The notes below the pieces were generated by a model. It was given only the letters and a program-made list of their open reading frames with translations. It was not told the origin of the DNA and made no database searches. From Azolla caroliniana (taxonomy: Eukaryota > Plantae > Polypodiophyta), in the NCBI GenBank assembly GCA_043228905.1, contig JBHGNT010000014.1:12462001-12526000 (forward strand): a DNA stretch of 64,000 nucleotides, in the 5' to 3' direction. Positions 10,336-21,706 of the stretch are shown piece after piece; positions within the stretch are counted from its first letter, which is position 1, and every line of letters begins with the position of its first letter. The position numbers and the translations under genes were made by a program.

Positions 10336-12479
10336 TCTCGGTTATCGGAACCGAGGGAGTCGCGGTTACGCTCGTGGTTCGGCCTAACCGTCAAAAACTG
10401 GACCGAATGGCGGCCGTCCTGGCTCTTGACCCGCGCATAGGCCGAACCATTGTCCAGCACCTTGGTCTCCATTCGCGCCGCCGTGATGTACGGCTCTCCC
10501 AGTATGACCGGATGCGAAGACGTCTCCTGCACGAAGAAGTGCTGGTCAATCTCGACGTCGCCGATCTTGACTCGCACATTGGGACAGGCCCCGTGCAGTT
10601 CCTCGGTGGCGCGCGTTGCTGCCCTTATTTTCCACCCGTGCTTGGTGTTGATCGGCCATTTGCCCTTCTTATAGAAGTCCATGGACATCAAATTGATCTC
10701 CGATCCGTGGTCCACCAAAGCTATCACCGGTTCCTGGACATCGCCGATCTTCACCGGGGTTTCCGTGGTCGCTCGGGCCCAGTGCGGTCTCGAATAGTGG
10801 CTTTCCGCCCACTCGTCTCCCAGCGCCATGTCGTCTAGGTGCGTCGTCCGCACTTCCACCGGTCTTTCCGGTTCTGTCTCCGTTGACAGCCTCTTCCGTT
10901 TCACCAAGTCCACGATGGAGTCGTGGAACTCCTTCTTGGCGATTCCAAGCACCTCCCGTAGCGACAGCTCCACCTTGCTGTCGAGGATCCGTTCCTCCAG
11001 GACCTTTCGTAAGTCCGTGGTTCTTTCTATCTCCGTCCCCAGACGGTACCCGCCCTTCTGGGGTTTATCTTGCGTACCGGCCCTGCCGGCTTCGTCCCGT
11101 CGTGGCCCGGACCGGGTCTCGTATCGTTGTGAGGGCCCGGTCGTCCCGGGTTTTCCCACCCGCTTCTCTTCTACCAGAGCCTCGTAGTTCCGGCAAGCGG
11201 CTTCCACGAAGCCCGTCCTTTCCTCGACCGGGTCGCTCCACCCGGTCATCTCCCGTACCCGTTTCTCCGCACGGTCCGATTCCTCCCTTTTAAGCCCTGC
11301 ACCGGCAAGGCCTTCCAGCATCGTCGGCCAGAATCCGGCTTTGCTTTCCTTTCGGGCCTCGCCGCCCCCGACTCGAATGCCGGCCGACGCCGAGTAGTGG
11401 ACGGTTTCCGCGTGTCGGGCCGCCGCCTCTTCCATCAACCTTTTCATACCACCTTTTCCGTCGTTTCGGCTCAGGGCCCTTCGGGTGTCGCTGGCATGCA
11501 CCCGTCCTTCCCACAGGTACACCACCCGGTCCCTCAGCGCCTCCGCGAAGTCGCCGCAGTCCTTCCGAACGTGGCCGACTTCATCGCACCACATGCACCT
11601 GTTTCCTGCCGCCGGCCGTCGGTCACGAGCCGGTTCGCCTCCTTCCCTTCGGGCCTGCGCGATTTGGAGGTCCCTTATCGCCTTCGTCAATTCCTCCAGC
11701 GCCGCTCCTCCGGTTGAGCCTCTGACTACGCCGGTCGAAGCCGAACCGGTTTCCAACCACTCCCGGGTCTCTTCCTTGCGCACCTGTGGAGCTGGTTCGA
11801 GCTTCCTTGCTGCGACCGAGCCCGACCCGGTCGCCCCGTTATCCGCCCATTCTCGCCGTTTGTCGAAACGGCCACAGACCTTCCTGACAGCCGCCCAGTC
11901 GGTAGTGAGCCCGTCTTCGGTTTCCAGCAAGAGGCCCACTTGCTCCCGATCCCGCTCGTCGACCGACTTGACAAACAGCAAGACCCGGCTCGTGTCCAGG
12001 ATGGTTCGGTCGAGCGCCGAAAGGCGCGCAAAGTTTTCCTCGAACTCCCGGAGGAGTGCCGACGCGTTTCTTCCCTTCCCCGGGGACTCCACCCATTCCA
12101 TGAACCTTCGCTTCGAAAGCCGGAGCGCGTCGTCCAGCCCGTATTTCTCTAGGAGCCGACCTTCGAACTCCTCCCAGGTACGGCTCTCCGCCCGCACCTC
12201 GAGCACCTCCGCATGGATGCTCGGCATTGCCACTCGGGGAAAACCGGCAAGACGCCTTTCTTCCGGAATGTCCCGCATCAACATTTCTGCACCGTAGGAC
12301 GCCAGATACTTCGTGGCATCCCTCCCATCGAACCGGCCGATCGTGCCGACGACCGCCTCAATAGCTCTGTCGAGGGCACCGGTACCCTCGCGCGCGTTTA
12401 CGATCCGATCCACGGCCGAAGCCATGGCCTCTGCGAGATCCGACCCCCTCATCTTCTGCTCTTCTGCCGCCTCTTTCAC
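10326..12479 (-). CDS. gag: G1 Gag-protease (first ATG at about 12453)
   Basis: 717-codon ORF with zinc knuckle CMWCDEVGHVRKDC and retropepsin ALVDHGSEINLM...ILGEPYI. Confidence 0.93.
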   Translation of the reverse strand: MKEAAEEQKMRGSDLAEAMASAVDRIVNAREGTGALDRAIEAVVGTIGRFDGRDATKYLASYGAEMLMRDIPEERRLAGFPRVAMPSIHAEVLEVRAESRTWEEFEGRLLEKYGLDDALRLSKRRFMEWVESPGKGRNASALLREFEENFARLSALDRTILDTSRVLLFVKSVDERDREQVGLLLETEDGLTTDWAAVRKVCGRFDKRREWADNGATGSGSVAARKLEPAPQVRKEETREWLETGSASTGVVRGSTGGAALEELTKAIRDLQIAQARREGGEPARDRRPAAGNRCMWCDEVGHVRKDCGDFAEALRDRVVYLWEGRVHASDTRRALSRNDGKGGMKRLMEEAAARHAETVHYSASAGIRVGGGEARKESKAGFWPTMLEGLAGAGLKREESDRAEKRVREMTGWSDPVEERTGFVEAACRNYEALVEEKRVGKPGTTGPSQRYETRSGPRRDEAGRAGTQDKPQKGGYRLGTEIERTTDLRKVLEERILDSKVELSLREVLGIAKKEFHDSIVDLVKRKRLSTETEPERPVEVRTTHLDDMALGDEWAESHYSRPHWARATTETPVKIGDVQEPVIALVDHGSEINLMSMDFYKKGKWPINTKHGWKIRAATRATEELHGACPNVRVKIGDVEIDQHFFVQETSSHPVILGEPYITAARMETKVLDNGSAYARVKSQDGRHSVQFLTVRPNHERNRDSLGSDNREDF

Positions 12480-12492
12480 GTCGGGTTCACCA
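12475..12492 (-). promoter_or_regulatory. PBS complementary to tRNA-Trp(CCA)
   Basis: TGGTGAACCCGACGTGAA is the 18-nt complement of the plant tRNA-Trp 3' end (compare the avian leukosis virus Trp PBS TGGTGACCCCGACGTGAT). Confidence 0.88.
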
Positions 12493-12496
12493 AAGA

Positions 12497-13296
12497 TGTC
12501 GAGATATTACGCAAGTGCGTGTGGATTAGAGGCGGGACCGCGGGGGTCTCGAACCAAAGAGCAAGCGAGGGAGGAGAAAGAGAGAGAACCGGCTACGCAG
12601 GACCGGGGATACACAGGGACACGGCCCTTCAGCACGGAGAACGCGAACAGACACCGACACAGACGGATGCGAATGACTAAATATGTGTATTAACAAAATG
12701 GCTAACACGACTACAACCCCCGATGGGGCACAGGTTGGTTGCAACCGAACAGGCCGGCGAACAGATGCCGATGCCTGTTCGCTTCGACGCACAAACGGGG
12801 AAATGGGGGGGGGGTAGCAGGTCGGAGGTGCTGCCGGAAGCACTCGGGCGTTCCTCGAAACAGCGCGAGCCTCCCCGGAACCCTGCACAGAAAGCTTTGG
12901 AGCTCAAGAAGGAAGGAAACAGAGAGAGCGAAGCGTCCAGAAACGGTCCGACAGCACTTCGTCCTCTCCGCGCCCGATCCCTGCAACACCTCTTTCCCGC
13001 TCCTTATATAGGCCGACGAACAGGCCGTCGTGTCAGCTTTATTCCCTGTCCCTTTTGGACAGGGATCCGCTCCGTTTTTCACGGATCCGCGTAGTTACGC
13101 CGCCGACTCGTACAGTTCGCGCGCGCGACCGAAAAGACTGTTCGCGCGGTCTTTGTCTCCACTTGAGTTAGGGCCCGTTCCTGCCGATTATCCTCTCAAT
13201 TCGTTTCTATGTACAACTCGGAGCGTGCGCGCGTGAAGAACCGGTTCCCACGCCTTGGTGCGCCGATTCCGCCTATGGACGGTTTTCTTCACGACA
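12497..13296 (-). repeat. G1 5' LTR (800 bp)
   Basis: Direct repeat of 5967-6766; minus-strand TATATAA at about 13004-13010. Confidence 0.97.
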
Positions 13297-13446
13297 ACGT
13301 AAAACAGAGAACACACAAGGAGAGAGAGAGAGGGAGAGAGAGAGCGAGAGAGAGCGAGAGAGACAGAGAGAGCAGAACACAATTTCAAAATTATATGAAG
13401 ACTCTGTACACACACTGTGCTAAGGAGCACTATTTATACAAGTCCG

Positions 13447-16400
13447 CTTCTTGAAAATCTTCACCCGTTTCCCGACTATAGGCACTTGTAGCATCGTTCT
13501 ATCCAACTCGCATAGTCGGTAAGTTCCGTTGTCAAAAACTTTCCGAACCTCGTATAGCCCAAACCACCTTTTCGCAAACTTCCGCATCGTTGTATGTTGA
13601 TGATCCAAACTACTGTCGTAGACAATCACCCAATCTCCTTCTTCAATCTTCCGCGGTCGTAGTCGGTGCTTTGTGTCGAACCGGCTTTTATTCCGGAATC
13701 GCGCTTCTTGTTGTCGGTGTATTGCTTCCACTATGTCTTCCGGTCTTCCCTCTAGTTGTCATATCCGGACCGCTAGTAGTTCTTCCTGGCTCATCTCTTC
13801 CTTCCACGGTAGCATCGTTCATGTTGTGATCGAGGTTTCCGTTGGCATTACCGGTGCTTGTGCGGTCATGAGTTCTGTCGGCATGTAACCGGTTACGGAG
13901 CTATGCGTTGTCCGATCCGCCCATAGTGCATACGGAAGCATCTACGGCCAATCCTTCACCCTTCCATCACATGCCTTCACAAGTGCTTTGATGATCGACT
14001 ATGTCCTCTTTCGATCTTCCCGTTGGCTTCCGGATTGTATGCCGTTGTCAGTGTTAACCGAACTCCATGTTTGGTGAAGAATTCCTTAGCTTTATCAGAG
14101 TCGAGTTCTCCCCAATCCGCAATCACTTGTCCTACGCACCCGTACCTGCAAAACACCTCCTCCAAAAGAAATTGGCATACTGCAGAACACATTTTCCTTC
14201 GTAGCGTCTGACCTTCTACTTGGTTTGTGAGATCTTCCCGAGTTAACACCAAGTACTTCTTTTGTCTGATCCTGGTTGGCATGGCTACATTTGAAGTTGA
14301 TTGTCGGTGAGAATGTCGGATGTAACTCATCTCGGTGTCGAACTCCGAAGTAGATTTGACACTTCTCGCAGCTTTCCGTGAATTCCGCTATATCTTTGTA
14401 CATGTTCTTCCACCAATATTTTTGTTTGATTTTCACAAAAGTTGCCCATGTTCCTCAATGTCCAACCCAATCGGATTCGTGAAATTCGGACATTATCCGG
14501 TTTCGTTGCTCTTTCATCCCGACTACCCGAAGTGGTGTGCCATCCGGTCTTTTCAGCTCCCTCCATATTAATCCATTTTTCAAGAAGAAATTCGGACTTG
14601 CCGCTTCTTACTTTGGATCTCGGCTCTCTTCTCTTTATTGTCCGATGATTCCTCGATTTTTTGTAGCACTTTCCCGATCAGCAAGCTTTCTCCCTCGTAT
14701 TCTTCTTCCCGAAATTCTCGGATTACATTCACTCGGCATATGTGCTTCGAAGCAAGGTAGTCTTCGGAAACTTCTTCATTATCGGATTTGGTTATGTCAT
14801 CTCCAAACCGTGCCCTTGATAGCATATCCGCTACCACGTTGTCTTTTCCGGAGATATGTCGTACTTCCGGATTAATCAACTTAACATATGCAATCCATCT
14901 TAGCATAGCCACATCCGGTATCGTGCAACACTGCATCATCCCGAGTATCGGAAGACAATCCGTTTCGATCACTACTTCGGCTCTGATCAAGTAATCTCGA
15001 TCCGATTTGATTGTTGACACGAATCCCCATAATTCTCTTTTGACTTGTGCATATCCGCGTTGCCTTTTGTTGAGAACCTTTGCTCCGAATCGGATCGGAT
15101 TTCGTGAACCATCCGAGTTGGCTTGATTGATGACCTATCCGATTCCGGTTGGACTTGTGTCAACCGTTACTATGATCGGTCAGTCATAGTTCGGCATCTT
15201 TAGTGCTTTTGCCCTCCGTAGTGATTTCTTGAGCTTCTTCACGGCTTTGGTATGCTCCGGTTTGCATTTAAACTTCTTACCCTTCCGCAACAAGTGATAG
15301 AGTGGGTCCGCAATATGTGCATAGTGCGGAATCCATATGTGGTAGAATGCACACGCTCCGAGAAACCTTCAGACTTCGGATTGTGACTCGCATATTTCTT
15401 TCATCGCTTGAATCGCATCAATCTTGGTCGGTGACGGTCTTCGGCCGTAGGGCCCACATAGATGTCCGACTACCAATATCTCTTCTTGCCCAAATGCCGA
15501 TTTCTCCCCGGAAAGTGTTAGGTGCGCATCTTCGAACTTTCGAAGCACTTTCTCGCAATCGCGAATATGGTTGACTACGAACTGTCGGCATCCCCGATCA
15601 TCCATAGTCTCATCTTTTTCTTCCACCAGGCATCCTTTTATCAGAATGTCATCTAGGAACAACACCGTTATCTCCGGAATGCAGTCCCGAAGCACCTTGT
15701 TCATTGCATTCATCATATGTGAGACTGAGTTTGTTGCGCCTTGTGGTAGTGTGCACATACGAGCTAATCCTATCGGTGTCCGCATGCTAGTGATGTCTCG
15801 GCTCTCCACGGCTAGTTGGAATTGGTCATATCCGGAGTATAGGTCTCCGATGGAGTATATCGCACGACCGGCAAATGCTTCCGCAAATTCGTCCACAATC
15901 GAACCGACTCTGGAGTTCCGGATCGTGACCTTGTTCACCGGTTGCAAATCTTGAATAAATCAAAGTGACCCATTCTTCTTCGGAACCGTAAACCATCGAT
16001 TTGAATACGGAGCGTTTGATGGCTCTAGAATCCCCATCGCCACCTTCTCCTTGAGCAAGTCGATGACTTTCGGAATATGCGCCTATGGCATCGGAATCGG
16101 CTTCAGGTTCCATGGCACATGGTCAATCGTGAAGATCACCATCAGCTCCACTATCTTCGGATCAACGCACCCTATCTCCTTCGATGTAAATGCAAATTCT
16201 TTCCCATGTTGTTCCAACATCCCTCAGAATCATTCTTCTTCATTTTGTAAAAGGAAACCACCTCCACCGATCCGAAGTTTCTTCCGAGTCTCATCCGTGA
16301 AGGCATGTCCGATATCCACGGACTTCCGAAGTGTCGGATCTCCCGAGACTTCTTTCCTCTTTTGTTCGCTATCGGCGGGTAGTGGTCCTGTGGCCGGTTT

Positions 16401-18871
16401 CACCTTCTTCTCCACGGTCTTGTATTTCGTACTTACCATTGCTTCTTCTTTGCGGAGCGCATCCGGCCCCATTTTCACAATGATCTCGTACATCTCGACC
16501 GATTCCACCGGGACTACCCGGTCTCCCTGACTTGTATCTTTCGCGAGCTCTTCAAGCCGTTGTAGCGTGCTCCTATAGAACACTTCTTCGACTATTCCCA
16601 CGATTTCTTCATCTTCTTTTATTATTGATACCGACCGTAACTTATCCTCCACTTTTCGGTATTCTTTCTTCATTCCTCCGGTTACGGCTGTGTATGTAGA
16701 TGCCCCATCCGGACCGATTTGTACTTGTTTTGCTCCGAGAGTTTTCTTCCTATGTAGGGTATCAGGGCTTCTCGGACTATCACTTCCCCACTCCACAACA
16801 GTCCGCTTTAAAAATCCATCCTTGTTTGGGACAAGAGCTCTCTATTGTTCCTTTCATGATTTGCCGGCATAGTTAGGAATTGGATGGATTTCCCTCCGCT
16901 TTGGCTCCGAATTCGTGCAAAAGCCGCACCGCTATCAAGCACCTTTGTCTCCATCCGTGAAGCCGTGATAAAGGGTTGCCCGAGGATCACGGAATGTGAG
17001 ACCTTGTCTTGTACGAAGAAATTTTGGTTCATCTCGACATCCCCGACCTTCACCGTCACATCCGGACAAGCCGCAAATAGATCTTCAGTTGCTTTAGTGG
17101 CTGCCCGGATCTTCCATCCATGATTGGTGTTAATAGGCCATTTCCCCTTCTGGTAGAACTCTTTGGACATCAAATTGATCTCCGATCCGTGATCAATCAA
17201 TGCTAGCACGGGCTCTTTGATGTTGCCGATTCGGAGCAGAGTCTCCGTAGTTGCACGCACCCAGTGTGGCTTTGTATAGTGGGAATTCAGAATCTCGTCC
17301 TCCATTTCGGTGTCGTTCATCAGAACGGTATTTGCATTCACCATCGGTGTATTTTCCTCCATCGTTTGTCTTTTTCTTTTTACCAAATCCACAAGAAGAT
17401 CATGGAACTCCTTTTTTGCTATTCCGAGTAGTTCCCGAACTGAAAAATCTACCTGGCTGTCGAGGATTCTCTCCTAGAACACTTTCTTTATGTCTGTCCG
17501 TTGCTCGATGTCTGAAGCGAGTTTGAATGTCAGAATCGATTTTCCTTTCCCTCTTCCATCGGAGTTCCAGCTCTCCGGTGTCTGAGATGGTCTAGCCGCA
17601 TCCTCCGTGCGTCGCCGCTTCTCGTCCACATACACCTCATGTAATTGACATAGGGCGTATACGCTATTCTTATCGACAGGGCACTCCCATCCCGTAGCTT
17701 CCCGGATGCCTTCCGCGATGCTTCGGATCTCGATGGAGTCGGTTTTCTCGGTGTTTTCTAGCACTTCCGGCCAAAAAGACACCTTTGCTCCCGATGACTC
17801 CCCAACACGTATTCCCGCGGTTGTCACGTAATTGCTCTTCGCTGCTATTTCCTCCTCTAGGACCTTCTTCATGCCGCCTTTTCGGAAGTTCGGTCGGAGC
17901 GGCTTCTGAGAGTCCATCGAATGAATCTGATTTCCCTCGTAGTAGATAAGATCCTGTCATAGCGCTTCCTTGTGCTCGTCACAATCCCTCCGATCATGTT
18001 CGGTGCTATCACACCATATGCACCGACGGTTCATATACTTGGAACTTCTGGGACAGTCTTCCGGCTTCTTCACCATCGCGATTTTTAGATTCTCCATCTC
18101 CTTCAGCAACTGCTCCACCATAGTTGTGTTGATTCCCTTCTCGGTCGTAGCTTCCCGAGCCCGCAGTTGATGGTCTTCCGATCCAGATCTCGGTTTCGGA
18201 ATCAGTTCCGAAACCCTCTTTTCTTCGTTGGCAAGGCATTGCCCCCCCTTTGTGTATCACACAATGATAGCCCGCACGCTTTCCCATATTTCGGTGAGGC
18301 CACTCTCGGTAGTCGTGTCCTCTAGAAGCACTCCAAGATCCTTCTGGTCCCGGACGTCTACGGCTTGTAAGAACATGATAATTTTGTCCGGTGCGAGGAT
18401 AGCTTGATCTCTCACAGACAACCTCCCGAACCGACTTTTGAATGGTGAAAACACATTGAGGACCTTCATCCCCTTGTCCGGCGTTTCCACCCAATCCTCA
18501 AATCCCCTCCGCGTTGCCTTGGAGGAGTCCTCGATAGCGAACATGGTCTTTAGCGCCTCTTCAAATGCTTCCCACATCGGATTTTGTTGTCGTAGCCCGT
18601 GGATATTTACTTGAAGCCTGTCGGTAGCTACCCGGTTGAAGGATGTCACTTGCAGTCCTTCCGAAATCCCGCATCGTATCATTTCCACCTTGTAGTCCCG
18701 AAGATAGCGTGATACGTCCTTCCCGTTGAATTGCCGGATCCGTTGCACGAGCCGCTCTACTACCGCCGCTATCTCTGACATCGCACGTTGTTCTTGAAGC
18801 ATTTGCTCGAACATCATCATCATGTTGTTAGCCTCCGGTTGATTTTCCATCTCCTTGCCACCCGTTTTCAT
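13447..18871 (-). pseudogene. G2 gag-pol with many stops and frameshifts
   Basis: ORF fragments 18257-18937, 16808-17392, 16230-16796, 15369-15947, 14580-15020, 13977-14330 and 13420-13731 are homologous to G1. Confidence 0.9.
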
Positions 18872-18888
18872 GTCGGGTTCACCAATTG

Positions 18889-19611
18889 TGTCGTGCCTTT
18901 CGGCTCCGGATCGTTGCGTGAATCGGGTGGGAACCACCGAGGTTTTGGACTAAGAGAAAAGAAAATTCTAAGATAATTAAGAATATGAAATATATTGTAA
19001 GAAAGAAAGATATGAAAAACTCGTGAAACCTACTATACTTGATACTTAGAATGTAAGAGAGAAATAGATGGCAAAATCGTGAATCCCATGAATATTTTAT
19101 TATTATTAATCAATCCTTGTAAAATAATCAACAACCCCCCATACATCTTTCTCTCCTCCTTATATAAGGATGGAAGACGCTAAGCATAGCTTCATGCTTT
19201 TTCTAAAGTGTTCATGCACACTAAATGTGCATGAGCTGCCTTTTTACACTATGCTTTTATTTCCTAAATATAGTGCTCATGCTCGCTAGATGTGCACGAG
19301 TCATTTTTTATTGGTGTATATTTTTCTTATAAATAAAGTATTCACGTATTCTAATAAAATGCATGACTTATCTTTTAATAAAGGTAGGCGTAAATAAAGG
19401 TCTTATACATATTAAATCTATATTTAGAACATTTAGTATAAATTAGTACAATGGTAAGGTTGGGGTTTGTCTACGTGGAGGTGTAGGGTTTGAATCTTAC
19501 CCTATGCACATAATAAATATTTTTTAATATTTTATTTTATTTATTATACGTACTTTAAATCGAATATTGTATTTAACATATTTCACGTAGTGTGTGATTC
19601 ACACTACGACA
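18889..19611 (-). repeat. G2 5' LTR (723 bp, AT-rich)
   Basis: TGTCG...CGACA termini between the PBS and host copia sequence. Confidence 0.85.
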
Positions 19612-20602
19612 ACGGCTTCCACCGAGACTCATGTTCTGTGTCGTTCCCCACACATCCGAATGGATCAAATCCAACGGATTTTGACTACGATTACGCTTAT
19701 TGGGGAATGGAAATCGGTGATGCTTCCCAAGTTGGCAGGCTTCATAGCCTTGGCCATTACGGCCCCGAAATTGCGGCAATCTGAAAACAATATTCTTTGT
19801 CTGCATTTCAAGAAGCCGTGGGAAGTGAATGTGGCCAAATCACTTGTGCTACAGGTCAATGTCCGACTCGACCTTCGGTCATTTCGCGAATAGCGCGGTT
19901 CCGGCTTGATTGGTGTCTAGGATAAACATCCTCCCTTCACGGTGCCCTTGCGCAATAACTTTGCCTTCTTCTTCGATGTAGCACCCAAGGTGCATGAATC
20001 GAACTTGTATCCCTTGGTTGACGATCTGACCGACCGACACTAGGTTCTTGGTTATTGATTGTCGAGACGTGCAACACGTTCATAAGTTTCCCTTTCTGCC
20101 CGACGTGGCTGAGGGGAACTTCTCCAACATGTTCGATGGTATGCGGAGTGTCGTCTCCCATTTCGACCACTCCTTGTTTTTCCGGTTTCTCCAAGTACGA
20201 GAACCATTCCTCATGACTCGTCATATGATTTGACACTCTAGAATCAACATACCACACCTCGCTCGATTTCCAGGTGTTCACGGCCATCAAATTAGCCTTG
20301 TGCTTCATTACGAAGGCTGGGGCCGATCCATTTCCAGCTCGTTCGGAGCCTTCTACATAGTGCGACCTTTGACGCCTCTTTGCGTCTTTTCCACTCGATC
20401 CAGCTTTGTCTGAATCGGCTCTCTTTTTCCAACACTCGCTCTCCATGTGGCCTTTCTTGCCATAGTACCAGCATTTCGTTGTGGCCTTCTCTTGTCGGCT
20501 TCCGGCGGCGCCATGACTCCCCCTGCTTCCAGATAGTTCAGAACTGCTTACGACATTTCGATTATGACGCAAGTTCTTCACTTTTCGGTTGCATCCATTG
20601 CG

Positions 20603-20980
20603 TGTTACAGGTTTTCTCGGTCGCATCCATCTCGTACGTATTAGTCTTCGACTTCTTCTTCAAAGGGGGGTCGCCTTAGTGGTCGCCAAAAAGTGTTGTA
20701 TGTTTTAGGGTTAGGGTAGAGGATGAGGATGAGGATGAATGGTAATGGTGTAATAGTGAAAATGATGGAGAGTATAATGGTAAGAGAGATCATGAAGAAC
20801 AAGACAAGCATTGAGGGGTGGGGGGTGGTGCCTAGAATCGCTCCAACCCCCTCCCAAGGGGGTTCAACGTAAGGGAGAGAGAGAGAGAAAGAGAGAGATG
20901 ACAAGAGAGAGAGATTGAGAGAGAAATGTTCCCACTTACATTCACACGTATCCATCACCCGTACATCTCGTACGGTAACA
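20603..20980. mobile_element. Solo LTR (378 bp) in copia B gag
   Basis: TGTTAC...GTAACA termini flanked by a perfect TTGCG TSD (20598-20602 and 20981-20985). Confidence 0.85.
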
Positions 20981-21306
20981 TTGCGCACCGATCCGCCTCG
21001 TCCGCCACGACCACGGGGCCTATCTTCCTCCGTGTACAACATCTTGCTCTCGCACACCCGCATGATTTTCCTGTATGAACAACATCGATTGAAGCTCGAA
21101 GAAAGAAGGTGTATTCTCCCTCGTGCAGACCGTCGTCTGGAGTGTTCAAAACTTTGAAGCTAACCCTCCAAGACAAACCTGCACCATTTCTTCCTCCTCG
21201 ACATTCACGTTGACGGAGGCGAGAGAGTCGCAGATCTCCTTGATTTTGGCCGTGTAATTGGCCATAGATAGATCTTTCTGTCGGATATTGTTGATGTCCT
21301 ACCTGA

Positions 21307-21706
21307 TGTAAACGATTACTTGTGGAAGCGTTAGAAAACAGAGAAAAGTAAGGAATACACAGAGTACGCAAGAGAGACAGAGAGAGCAGAACGTAAAAGC
21401 TATATTCAAAAACGATATAATTACTCTATCATTGCAACTGTGCTCAGTAGCACTATTTATACAAGTCCTCGTGGGATTGACAGAAGTACCGCGTACTTCA
21501 ATGCTCACACGAGCATCTGACACTTACTACGAGACTATAATTGCCTAGTAGTCTAAACTAATATTAGGCTTCCGGTTACCGATTGGATCCGGCTAACCGG
21601 CTCTCCAGCTCACCGTCTTTGTTGTTTACCGACTTACCGATCCGTCTCTCTTGTCGGCTCAGGCTTATTCAGCCGATCTAGCTCCAGTTGAGCTTGCCGC
21701 TCAACA
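21307..21706 (-). repeat. Copia C 3' LTR
   Basis: Repeat of 40221-40620. Confidence 0.95.

Larger units (their letters stand above)
5967..13296 (-). mobile_element. Intact, very young Ty3/gypsy element G1 (non-chromovirus, tRNA-Trp primed), 7.3 kb
   Basis: 800-bp LTRs TGTCG...CGACA with only 2 differences seen; ACGT on both flanks; PBS, PPT and both ORFs intact. Confidence 0.97.
3242..13446 (-). mobile_element. Ty1/copia element A (disrupted; 5' LTR split by gypsy G1 and truncated at about 13446)
   Basis: Gag (KLDRSNYASW, CWYCGKKGHRESEC), PR (WYVDSGASNHM), INT zinc finger, start of RT (PIGCKWVYKVK). PBS TGGTATCAGAGC at 5927-5938. LTR pieces at 5939-5966 and 13301-13446. Confidence 0.9.
13447..19611 (-). 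mobile_element. Degenerate Ty3/gypsy element G2 (G1 lineage); 3' LTR lost
   Basis: Fragmented gag/PR (LIDHGSEINLM)/RT (FLDD)/RH/INT. PBS TGGTGAACCCGACATGAA at 18867-18884. 5' LTR 18889-19611 TGTCG...CGACA. Interrupts copia B integrase at ACGG. Confidence 0.92.

Noticed and set aside
5996-13236. Short ORFs within G1 LTRs and antisense or alternative-frame ORFs over gag-pol
   Set aside because: Shadow ORFs of GC-rich sequence with no recognisable motifs; they are duplicated only because the LTRs are.
5962-13301. 5-bp TSD AACGT for G1
   Set aside because: It would require using the terminal A of the LTR (..CGACA, confirmed by the other LTR); 4-bp ACGT fits exactly.
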